A stretch of 27,517 nucleotides of DNA, taken from positions 1 through 27,517 of IMG/VR virus record IMGVR_UViG_3300042309_002730, one strand, 5' to 3'. Origin of the DNA: a virus (taxonomy: Duplodnaviria > Caudoviricetes). Below the pieces are notes generated by a model, which had not been told where the DNA came from, made no database searches, and saw only the letters and a list, made by a program, of their open reading frames with translations. Shown here in pieces: positions 8,656 to 17,137 of the stretch (position 1 is the stretch's first letter; each line of letters starts with the position of its first letter). A program made the translations under genes and the position numbers.

Positions 8656-8895
8656 ATGCACATCGGACAAATCCATTTGGTAAGCGACCTTGCCGACGGC
8701 CAGCGGATTTACCCCGATGCCGACCATTCGTACCTGATCCAATCCGAAGACGATCCGTCGCTCGATACCACGGTCCAGTACGTCGAGCGCCGTGGGGATC
8801 GATTGATCGCCCGCGGGAATAACGGCCAAGACTATGCGGTCTCGGGATTGGGCAGGTACGAACTGAAGACGATTCGGAATTGGCTCCGGCGATAA
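8656..8895 (+). CDS. Hypothetical protein
   Basis: GGAGAG SD, starts 1 bp after the upstream stop, 79 aa. Confidence 0.7.
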   Translation: MHIGQIHLVSDLADGQRIYPDADHSYLIQSEDDPSLDTTVQYVERRGDRLIARGNNGQDYAVSGLGRYELKTIRNWLRR

Positions 8896-9141
8896 CCCGG
8901 GTCGATTTGGCGACAGCGCCCCACGTTTGCCACGTGTGGGCGTTTTCTCGTTAGGTGGCCTAGTTACCCCAAGGTCCAAAACGACTCGACCGGTGCTAAA
9001 CTGTGGCGTTTGCGGGGCTCGAAAACATTCTCTGAGAATCCAAAACATTACTCTCCACAACGCCTTTACTTCCTGCCCAACGCATGGGAACTGTGTCGTA
9101 ACGCCAAACGAAACCCCCAACGCAAACACGGAGAAACGAAG

Positions 9142-9393
9142 ATGACCACCGCAGAAAAACAAGCTAACGAAAAAATCCTTCGCGACGCCTTCCGCACGAT
9201 GGACCCACACCAAGCCCAAGAGATCCGCGAGTCCTACTACAAAGCGATCGAAGGGATCCACGCCTTGGCCGAGCTCCTCGAGATCGCCGACGCACAACAA
9301 CCGCAGACCGCCGGCCCGCTCCTTACCGAACACCTCCTGGCTTGCGAAGCGATCGACGCGATGAAGAAAAGCCTCCTGGGCAAGATCCTCTAA
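9142..9393 (+). CDS. Hypothetical helical protein
   Basis: GGAGA SD before ATG 9142; 83 aa; leader shared with the gene at 7465. Confidence 0.75.
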   Translation: MTTAEKQANEKILRDAFRTMDPHQAQEIRESYYKAIEGIHALAELLEIADAQQPQTAGPLLTEHLLACEAIDAMKKSLLGKIL

Positions 9394-9411
9394 ACGAAAG
9401 GAACCGCAACC

Positions 9412-9624
9412 ATGATCGATGCACCCAAAGTCGGAGATCGAATCCGACTGATCCACATGCCCGAAGATATTGATCCGGTTCCCTCCGGATCGCTCGGCAC
9501 CGTTCGTGCGATCCACCCCCACGATGGATGGACTCAGGTCGAGGTCGATTGGGACAACGGTCGGCGATTGATGCTCACGTTGCCCGACGACTGCATCGAG
9601 ATTCTTAGTTCCGACGTAACCTAA
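9412..9624 (+). CDS. DUF4314-family protein
   Basis: GDRIRLIHM-D--PVPSGSLGTV...VDWDNGRRLML--D pattern; AAGGA SD. Confidence 0.8.
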   Translation: MIDAPKVGDRIRLIHMPEDIDPVPSGSLGTVRAIHPHDGWTQVEVDWDNGRRLMLTLPDDCIEILSSDVT

Positions 9625-9642
9625 CCCGATAAAGGTACAGCT

Positions 9643-9963
9643 ATGTCCACACGAGCAACGATCGCATGTGCTAACGAGGACGGGACGTTCCAGGCAACGT
9701 ACCTGCACTACGATGGTTATCCAGAATTCGCAGGCGTGATTCTTAATCAACGTTTCAACTCCAACGAAAAAGTTTCGGCGCTTTTGGCCGGTGGTGAGCT
9801 TCGGAGCTTGACCTCCGAGGCCGGTGGCCCGGAGCACTTGGCTCGCGCTCGGCCCCCAAAGCACCTTTGCGATAACCGATCTCTGCTGGAGTTCGCTCGC
9901 AACTGCGATGCGAACTACCTGTATGTTTTCCAAAACCAAACGTGGCAGTGCCAAAAACTGTAA
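9643..9963 (+). CDS. Conserved phage hypothetical protein (MSTR...YxHxDGYP family)
   Basis: MSTRATI...YLHYDGYP...G--L...YLYVF---W pattern; AAGG SD. Confidence 0.75.
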   Translation: MSTRATIACANEDGTFQATYLHYDGYPEFAGVILNQRFNSNEKVSALLAGGELRSLTSEAGGPEHLARARPPKHLCDNRSLLEFARNCDANYLYVFQNQTWQCQKL

Positions 9964-9965
9964 CG

Positions 9966-12164
9966 CTACTTAGCGTCTGCCGCACGCATTGGAATCGGTG
10001 AGGTTCCGGTTCTCTCGAGGACAGCCGGCTTGCCAGTGAACCGTTGGTACCGGTCAACGATGACATCGCTGTAGAGCGGATCAAGCTCCATGAGGTATGC
10101 ATGCCGACCGGTTTGCTCGGCAGCGATCAAGGTCGATCCGCTTCCACCAAACAGATCCAGCACGTTCTCTCCTGGTCGCGATGAGTACTGCATCGCTCGG
10201 ACCGCTAGCTCGACGGGCTTCTCGGTCAGATGGACCATCGACTGTGGATTGACCTTCTTGATCTGCCATAGATCCGTGGCGTTATTGGGCCCGAGGTACA
10301 CGTGGGCTGCCCCTTCGAGCCACCCATAAAAACAATTATGGGTGACAAGTCCGTCGGCAATGTAGTGCTCGTGCGTATCGACCCCCAACGAGACGACCTC
10401 ACCTGAATAGTCCTGGACATCAACGGCACGGATCGGAGTCCACTCCACGCGTTGACCACGCGTCGGAGTTGGAACTTCCATGCTGCCAGGAATGAGATTG
10501 CATGACCGAACTTGGATCGACTGGCGTGCTCCAAACTTTGCTCTGGTATCGTTTGATTCAACAAACGGATACTTTCGGTTTCGATTGAAGTGTGCAAGTG
10601 CTTTGCAAGCGGCGGCTTCTTGGGCCTCGGCATCGAGTTGACCGTAAAAGTCCCGGATGTGGTCACTTTGCCTGTGCGTCGAGCTTCGGTTCGTGACCCA
10701 GCATGTCTGAGGGATCCCGAATTGGATCGACACCAGCTGTTCTTGCATCCGAGCCTCCGCAGCCGAATCATGCAGCGAGAGAATCCAGGCCTCATCCCCA
10801 AGCTCATGGAGCAATCGTCCCTTTACGCCAAAGCCCCAGGTGGTTCGCATCTTGGTCATACCAACGCGCCACCAAGTGCCACGACGCATCAAATACACGC
10901 ACCATCGCGATGCGTAATCTTGGGTCATGCGTACCGTCCAGATGTGACCATCGGTTCCCCAGGATTGCTTCGACGGGGTTGTTACCCCATAGAGCTTTCC
11001 TCCGTAGGGCCGCCGACCGACTTTGACTCGGTAGCCATCTCGCAAGCCCACGATTGCTGAGCTGTGCGAATAAAAACTAACCACGCGGTCGTCGTCACGC
11101 ATTTGGCCAAGCGTGCTTGTTCCCCCTGCGGTTTGAACCATCGTATCTGGTGGTTGGCACCATTCATGGGCTCCCATGAAGTCCTTGCGGGTAAGCACCG
11201 GGTGCATCTTATCCCAGATGATTGCCTGGCTGAAATACAAACCATGCTTCTTGAGGAACGGGGGATAGTTGCCGCAGTTGGCATACCCACCCCAGATGTA
11301 GAAACCTCGACCTGGGTCGAGCACTCGTGCGATGTTCCCAAACCATGCGTCGAGCAATCGATCGAACTCCTGATCGCTCACAAAGTCGTTGGCCAGTGGA
11401 CGATCCTTGGCACGCAGCTTTTTGTGCGTCGCAGGATGCTTTGGCTTACCGGTCTCGTGGTCGACTCCGAAGGAGGCTGCGTTCCCTTGGCCCCCTTTGA
11501 GTTTCTGAGAGGCACTATCGTTCGAGAACGATGACAACCCCGCTGCGATCGCGTTGTTCGATCGCGGTTCTACCTTGACGTTGTAGGGCGGATCCGTGTT
11601 GACCAATTGGATGGTTTTGCCACCCAAGAGTCGATCCAGGTCCTCGGGTTTCGATGAATCCCCGCAGAGTAACCTATGGTCACCCAAGATCCAAAGATCT
11701 CCGGGTTGGGTCACCGCAGCATCCGGTGGTGCGGGAACGTCATCGGGATCCGTGAGTCCCTCGTTTACGTCCCCACTCATGAGCTTTAGAAGCTCATCGG
11801 AATCAAAACCCAGGAGCGACAGATCGAAACCTGCCGTTTGAAGTTCTCCCAGTTCGATTGGGAGCAGATCGTAGTTCCAATCGGCGAGTTCCGAGCTCTT
11901 GTTGTCGGCGATCCGGTAGGCTTTGATCTGCTCGGGGGTAAGATCCGTGGCCACGTGGATCGGTACCTTTTCAAGGCCGAGCTTCTGCGCGGCTTTGAAT
12001 CGGGTATGTCCACAAATGATCACCCCATCGGTATCCACGACGATTGGTTGTCGGAACCCAAACTCCTTGATGCTACTTGCGACCGCATCGACCGCATCAT
12101 CGTTGATGCGAGGGTTGTTCGGGTAGGGTTTGATGTCCGCTATCGGTCTAAGATCAATCTTCAT
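9966..12164 (-). CDS. ParB-N-terminal DNA amino-methyltransferase (N6/N4) containing an intein
   Basis: ParB-like PYPNNPR...SIKEFGFRQPIVVD; catalytic TDPPY; HLTEKPVEL; SAM-binding VLDLFGGSGSTL. Confidence 0.92.
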   Translation of the reverse strand: MKIDLRPIADIKPYPNNPRINDDAVDAVASSIKEFGFRQPIVVDTDGVIICGHTRFKAAQKLGLEKVPIHVATDLTPEQIKAYRIADNKSSELADWNYDLLPIELGELQTAGFDLSLLGFDSDELLKLMSGDVNEGLTDPDDVPAPPDAAVTQPGDLWILGDHRLLCGDSSKPEDLDRLLGGKTIQLVNTDPPYNVKVEPRSNNAIAAGLSSFSNDSASQKLKGGQGNAASFGVDHETGKPKHPATHKKLRAKDRPLANDFVSDQEFDRLLDAWFGNIARVLDPGRGFYIWGGYANCGNYPPFLKKHGLYFSQAIIWDKMHPVLTRKDFMGAHEWCQPPDTMVQTAGGTSTLGQMRDDDRVVSFYSHSSAIVGLRDGYRVKVGRRPYGGKLYGVTTPSKQSWGTDGHIWTVRMTQDYASRWCVYLMRRGTWWRVGMTKMRTTWGFGVKGRLLHELGDEAWILSLHDSAAEARMQEQLVSIQFGIPQTCWVTNRSSTHRQSDHIRDFYGQLDAEAQEAAACKALAHFNRNRKYPFVESNDTRAKFGARQSIQVRSCNLIPGSMEVPTPTRGQRVEWTPIRAVDVQDYSGEVVSLGVDTHEHYIADGLVTHNCFYGWLEGAAHVYLGPNNATDLWQIKKVNPQSMVHLTEKPVELAVRAMQYSSRPGENVLDLFGGSGSTLIAAEQTGRHAYLMELDPLYSDVIVDRYQRFTGKPAVLERTGTSPIPMRAADAK
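10335..11159 (-). mobile_element. Intein (275 aa, residues 336-610 of the methyltransferase)
   Basis: Starts at CQPPDTMV, block B GTDGH, ends YIADGLVTHN followed by Cys; removal restores HEW-CFYGW. Confidence 0.9.
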
Positions 12165-12305
12165 ATTCGTTGCCTCAGCAAAGGTTTGATTTCAAATTCC
12201 AGGTTGTCCGAAAGGTCACGATCGTGCCTTTCAAGGACATCGATTTAGGTGGGCGAACTGCTCCTAAACAAAAACATGCTCGCCCGTGCGCCACGCAGCG
12301 AGTCG

Positions 12306-12554
12306 TTACTTGCTCCGGGACTCTGATTGCAAGTCAGGCAAATCGTCCGGTTTGGTACCGTCGATCTGTTGCTTCTCACTGCGATCTCCTTTCTGTTTTT
12401 GATCACTGGTCTGCAATGCCCGTGGCAAACCAAAGAGCACGGCGACAAAGACGGCGAACCAAAGCAGGTTCCAAAAGAACCGCTCTAGACCCTTGGCCAT
12501 CGGGACCAGCACCGTTTGAAAAAACTCGTTCTTGGGTTTCGTTTCGTTGCTCAT
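12306..12554 (-). CDS. Small single-pass membrane protein
   Basis: GAGGA SD; hydrophobic FFWNLLWFAVFVAVLFGL followed by a charged tail. Confidence 0.55.
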   Translation of the reverse strand: MSNETKPKNEFFQTVLVPMAKGLERFFWNLLWFAVFVAVLFGLPRALQTSDQKQKGDRSEKQQIDGTKPDDLPDLQSESRSK

Positions 12555-12844
12555 TTGCATCCTCGTTTCGAGTACGGACCAAAAAATAAAACTCTGTCTA
12601 AGTTGCCGACCCTTCCCACGCCCCTCTGGAGAGGGGTTTTTGCCGGAAGTACCTATTGAATCTGCCAGTTTGGCAGTTTGCGTTGAGAGGCCACTGTTGG
12701 CCCACTGTCGCGTTGTAAGAAGAAGTTCGCGTAAGACTGCTATTCGCTACGCAAAGCGTGCCGTTGGGGCAACGGTGGCGATCTGGTGGCCTGACACCAA
12801 AATCCCCCGAAGATGTTTTTTCTTCTTTCCCCCCCTGTCTTACA

Positions 12845-13132
12845 CGCGCACGCAAATACGCGTGCGCGGGGGCATACACGTGGGTGTAGGTGAAAAAAGA
12901 AAGAAGCATTAAATAAGTATTATTATCTGCGACCCGGTGAAACATGAAAGAAGTCTCTTTCCAATGTTTTCGTTGAGATTTCGTTAACCTAGGCTGACTT
13001 CTTTCACCCTGGTTTTTACTGGTTTTGCAGTTTCTTTCTTTCACCTTTACTTCTCCGTTTTAGGGCTTACTTCACCAGCCATGGAAACCTTATTGCTCTA
13101 ACTTCTTTCGCCTTTGCATGTTGATTTCACCC
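12845..13132. repeat. Putative replication origin: (A)CTTCTTTCACC-like iterons, AT-rich tract and palindrome
   Basis: Direct copies near 12997, 13036, 13067, 13101 and 13123; inverted copies near 12889 and 12936-12954; AT tract 12907-12926; CGCGCACGC/GCGTGCGCG dyad 12845-12868; directly downstream of the primase. Confidence 0.6.
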
Positions 13133-15397
13133 ACTGCGGTCACTTAAGAGTTGGTATTGCCTTTGAGGCCTGCCGGCAGTCGAGCAAATGACTGTCAGGA
13201 TGTCCCCCTGCTGCTCGAGGGTTGTGACGATTTCTTGAAAGGTCTTCGCGTCGATCTTCATGCGTTTGAGCAAAACGCTATGAACAAGACGTTTGTGTGG
13301 TTCATCCTGAAGTTTGCGAATAAACTTCAGGCACTCGGCATGGAACGGGTTCTCCGATACGTGGCTATTGGCCATAAAGAGCATCCGGCGAGTCTGATGG
13401 ACCATAAACGTTGTGGCCCACACAACCGCATGCGCATCGATCACTGGTGATTGATGGTTAGCGCTGATCGCATAAAGCAGTGCCAACTTGCGAACATTCT
13501 CGGGGACTCTTCCCCAGACGGTCGTCCCCACTGGATCGCCACCTGCTTCGGATTTGGCGTACTCGGTCTCTGACATCCGTCGCGCGTCGGCAAGCAGCTC
13601 TTGAGCTTCCGGTGTTGCTTCCACCAACCTTGGCTCTGGATGGAACGCATCGAGGTTCCCGCACCCGGGATTGAATTCTGCCCACCAGCGTGCCGTTTCG
13701 ATGACCGAGGCCGGTGGATTGATTCTCCGTGGCTCTTGGCCAATTGCCCGTGGCCCACTCTCGACGATAAGCATCCGAGCAAAGAATCCGTTGGTGAGCA
13801 TCCGCTCCGACAGGGCATCGTAATAGTGGGTCGGAATCGCCGTGCCGTAGACGACCAAGCAAGGCTGGTCGATCACTCCGGGGGATTCCTTGCCGGCCTT
13901 GCGACGCATGGGATAGATCGTATTGGCAGACGAGTACATCGTCAGCATCGTGCCCATGATGTTCTCGTGCCTTGCATCGCGTGCCTTGTTGATCGATTGG
14001 AGCAAGCCATCGATCTCATCGGTCTGAAACAGCATCGATGGTGTAAGGAACAGCGCATCTTGGATCCCTTCGCCCGAGGCGAATTTCTCCCCCAAGGCTG
14101 AGATCATCCCCACCCGATGCATGATTTCGGTGTTGAGCTTTCGAGGCCAATCCTTACCGACCGAAGAGTAACCCAGGGCAAGCAAATAGATATTGGTACG
14201 GTTGTTTCCGATGTCACAGACCTTCCTACCTGCCAAAACCGCAAGTAGCGAAAGCGCCCCGCAGAAAGCCAATGCGGCATTCGGATAGGGGGCGGTCTCT
14301 AAGCAGTGGTCCATCACCTCAGAGACAAAACCAGGGATTCGCAGTAGCTCGGCCGGCATCGGACCTGGATCGACATGCGCGATGGCTTGCTCTGGTTCTG
14401 CCACCACTGGCCCTGGGATCAGCTGCGATAGATCCACCTGCGGATCACTGGGGCTTTGTCCATATCCTTCAAACCGCAGTGCAGTAGCGGCCGCAGCGAA
14501 ATCACCACCGTGCTCGAGCATGGCGTACACGGCAAAGGGACCGTAAGAACGCTCCGGCTCAAACGGAACGGCGTTGGAGGAAAAAACAAAGAACTGGTTA
14601 CCTCGCAGCGTTGCGCTCCAACCGCTTTGCTTCCCAGGTCGACGCCAGTATTCGTTGTCTCCCCCTTTGACCCTTTGCCATCCATGCTTTTCAAGCAAAC
14701 CACGCACATCGCCACGATCGTTGAAATCATCCCCTGGCCGGCCCTCACCGAGCATCGGTGCTGGAATGCGAGTCGGCGGTGGCACAGTCTCGCTCAAAGC
14801 ACAAGCGGCTTCTAGGAGAATGGCTCGCTGCGCAAAGGTGAGGATCGGAAGCGAGGTCAACTCCCCGCTTTCTAGGTAATACCCTGGCGATGGATCGCAT
14901 AGAAACAGCCCCCCTTCCCCGCGTGTTTCTATGAGTGTCAGTATGACTTCGAACCCGTCGCCTGACCTCCTTGGCACAAAACGTCTGCCATCGATGACCA
15001 CCGGTTCGGAGCTACAGAGCTGAAGTTTCCGCTGGGCAAGTTTCCGATTCCCCTCGACGGGCTCCTGGCAGCGATACACAACATGCTTACCCGCCGATTG
15101 CGATCGCTCGATGACCAGGGAACTTGCAAGCTGGGGATCTTCGGCTGCGACCATCGCGTACCAGGGCTCAAAGAGCTCGGCGCTGTGATCGAAGTCGATC
15201 ATTTCCAAATTGCCTGAGACGCTACCGGTCAGAACACAGATTGCCCTGGAATCGGAGAACCATGTCTGCGCTTGTTTGAGAGTTGGAAGCCGCTTTTGGT
15301 AGGTCTTCCAACCTGGCACCGCTGGCCTTTTCTCGTCCAGCAGCGCAGGCAAGCAGCAAAGACCTGCTTGGAGATAGGATGTTGCAGTTTCGATCAA
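13127..15397 (-). CDS. Bifunctional primase-polymerase with a C-terminal DUF3987-like P-loop domain
   Basis: Prim-pol N-terminus (KRP---WK-YQ, TG-VSGNLEMIDFD, S-SAGKHVVYR, ETRGEGG); C-terminal GYSSVGKD, SGEG and DEID. Likely TTG start at 15397 after AAGGAG. Confidence 0.85.
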   Translation of the reverse strand: MIETATSYLQAGLCCLPALLDEKRPAVPGWKTYQKRLPTLKQAQTWFSDSRAICVLTGSVSGNLEMIDFDHSAELFEPWYAMVAAEDPQLASSLVIERSQSAGKHVVYRCQEPVEGNRKLAQRKLQLCSSEPVVIDGRRFVPRRSGDGFEVILTLIETRGEGGLFLCDPSPGYYLESGELTSLPILTFAQRAILLEAACALSETVPPPTRIPAPMLGEGRPGDDFNDRGDVRGLLEKHGWQRVKGGDNEYWRRPGKQSGWSATLRGNQFFVFSSNAVPFEPERSYGPFAVYAMLEHGGDFAAAATALRFEGYGQSPSDPQVDLSQLIPGPVVAEPEQAIAHVDPGPMPAELLRIPGFVSEVMDHCLETAPYPNAALAFCGALSLLAVLAGRKVCDIGNNRTNIYLLALGYSSVGKDWPRKLNTEIMHRVGMISALGEKFASGEGIQDALFLTPSMLFQTDEIDGLLQSINKARDARHENIMGTMLTMYSSANTIYPMRRKAGKESPGVIDQPCLVVYGTAIPTHYYDALSERMLTNGFFARMLIVESGPRAIGQEPRRINPPASVIETARWWAEFNPGCGNLDAFHPEPRLVEATPEAQELLADARRMSETEYAKSEAGGDPVGTTVWGRVPENVRKLALLYAISANHQSPVIDAHAVVWATTFMVHQTRRMLFMANSHVSENPFHAECLKFIRKLQDEPHKRLVHSVLLKRMKIDAKTFQEIVTTLEQQGDILTVICSTAGRPQRQYQLLSDRSG

Positions 15398-15475
15398 GCT
15401 ACACACTCCTTTAATTTTGACTCACAGACACACGAATTTCCAAAACCAAGACACCCCGAGCTCTAGACGCTTTAG

Positions 15476-17137
15476 CTAAAAAGGTGCGTCCTCTAGATCT
15501 GCGTCTGATTGATCGCTGATACCAAGGGATTCGGGGATGGACCCGAGCTTGTGATCGATGATTCGCTCGAACTGTTCTCCGGCGACGCTACGAACCGTGA
15601 TCTCGATCGTCGGAGCCAAACCACCAGCTTCGATGATCTCTAGCGCGCGATCGACGGTATCGGGGACCGGATCATCGGAGCGTTTGCGCCACCATGCGAT
15701 CGCCTTTTGCCTTGCGTATCCTTCGTGTTCGAAGCACACCCATTCGGATTTGAAGTCATGCCAGCCGACCCGATAATCGACTCGGAGCGTGCGGGGAGCA
15801 CCTTCTTGGGCATCTCTTTTGCAGTGCATCGCGTAGTAGACGTCATCGACTTGGTATTTCGTCGTGGTCACTTGGCCCGAGAGAATCCCAGCCTCGCTCG
15901 CCTTGGGATCATGCTGCTTGCGATCCGGTGGTGGGAATACAAACCCGCACTGGGGACAGGTCGTAAAGCCTGTGGCGATAAGTGCGTGACACTCGGGGCA
16001 CTGCTTGGCAGGTGCTTTTCCATCGCCACGATCATGGGTCGTAACGCGAATGTCATCGACAGGACCGTGCCGAAGGACATTGCCTCCGAAATCCAGAACC
16101 AAACAGTTCTCTTTGCTTGGATGCAAACGGAAACCGCGACCGACCATCTGATAGAAAAGACCAGGAGACATCGTCGGCCGTACTAAAGCGACGCAATCGA
16201 TATGGGGTGCATCGAATCCGGTCGTAAGCACATTGACGTTGCACAAGTACTTGAGCTTGCCGGTCTTGAATTTCGCGAGGGTTAAGTCACGCTCAAGGGC
16301 CGGCGTTTCGCCACAGACAAATCCGCACTCGATGCTGTGCTCGCTGGCAAGAACCTCGACGATGTGCTTACCGTGCTGAATACTCGATGCAAAAATCAAG
16401 CAAGCGTTGCGATCGGTCGTGTACTGAATGATTTCCGAAACCGCCGATTGAACCAGCGAGTCTTGGTCCATGAGGGCTTCGACTTCCCCTGGTACGAATT
16501 CCCCGCCTCGGACATGAAGCTCTGAAGTATCGACCTTCGTGCGGCCGGCTTTGCTGATCAGCGGACACAAGAATCCGTCGCGGATCAGCTCTCTGACTCC
16601 GACCTCGTAACAGATATGGTTCAGGATTCCATCGACCGTGCAAATCGGTCCGGACTTGAGCCGATACGGTGTGGCGGTAAAACCGACGATACGCACCTCG
16701 GGATTGATGATCCGAGCATCGGCCAGGAAATGCTGGTACATGCTCTCGGAATCGGGACTTATCAGATGGGCTTCATCGATCAAGATCAGATCGAAGCGAT
16801 CCAGCTCACATGCGCGCTTGTAGACCGATTGGATGCTAGCGATGATCACCGGATGATCGGTATCCCGCCGCTTTAGTCCCGCAGAGTAAATCCCAAAACC
16901 GACCTCGGGGCAAACCACACTGAGCTTCTCTGCGGTTTGCTCAAGTAGCTCTTTGACATGGGCCAAGATCAAAACGCGACCACCCCAGAGTCCAACGGCA
17001 TCTTTGCAGATGCTGGCCATAATGGGCGTTTTGCCACCCGCCGTCGGCACCACAGCGCAAGGGTTGTCTTGCCTGGTCCGAAGATGATCGTAGACAGCAT
17101 TCTTTACATCTTCTTGGTAAGGACGCAACGTGATCAT
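15476..17137 (-). CDS. SF2 DEAH helicase with zinc finger (RadD/YejH-like)
   Basis: LRPYQ, PTAGGKT, DEAH, TATP, TTGFDAP, QMVGRGFR, CPEC...CPQC. Confidence 0.92.
   Translation of the reverse strand: MITLRPYQEDVKNAVYDHLRTRQDNPCAVVPTAGGKTPIMASICKDAVGLWGGRVLILAHVKELLEQTAEKLSVVCPEVGFGIYSAGLKRRDTDHPVIIASIQSVYKRACELDRFDLILIDEAHLISPDSESMYQHFLADARIINPEVRIVGFTATPYRLKSGPICTVDGILNHICYEVGVRELIRDGFLCPLISKAGRTKVDTSELHVRGGEFVPGEVEALMDQDSLVQSAVSEIIQYTTDRNACLIFASSIQHGKHIVEVLASEHSIECGFVCGETPALERDLTLAKFKTGKLKYLCNVNVLTTGFDAPHIDCVALVRPTMSPGLFYQMVGRGFRLHPSKENCLVLDFGGNVLRHGPVDDIRVTTHDRGDGKAPAKQCPECHALIATGFTTCPQCGFVFPPPDRKQHDPKASEAGILSGQVTTTKYQVDDVYYAMHCKRDAQEGAPRTLRVDYRVGWHDFKSEWVCFEHEGYARQKAIAWWRKRSDDPVPDTVDRALEIIEAGGLAPTIEITVRSVAGEQFERIIDHKLGSIPESLGISDQSDADLEDAPF

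Larger units (their letters stand above)
5686..9954 (-). other. 1422-codon stop-free antisense 'bridge' ORF spanning the plus-strand cassette; no recognisable domains
   Basis: From the ORF track. The frame is open from 9969 to a TGA that overlaps the terS start (ATGAGTGA). It is in codon register with 8 of the 9 cassette genes. Confidence 0.55.

Noticed and set aside
5686-9954. Annotating the 1422-aa ORF as a conventional functional protein, or dismissing it as an ordinary shadow ORF
   Set aside because: The peptide has no recognisable domain and antisense-type composition, so no product is called. Plain shadowing does not explain open intergenic segments, phased spacers and exact endpoints, so it is kept as a finding.
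10226-10807. 193-aa alternative-frame ORF over the intein as a hidden endonuclease
   Set aside because: No HNH, LAGLIDADG or other motif, and it crosses the intein boundary.
12598-13044. ORFs over the origin region (148 aa minus, 126 aa plus)
   Set aside because: Low-complexity translations of iterons and dyads with no protein-like features.
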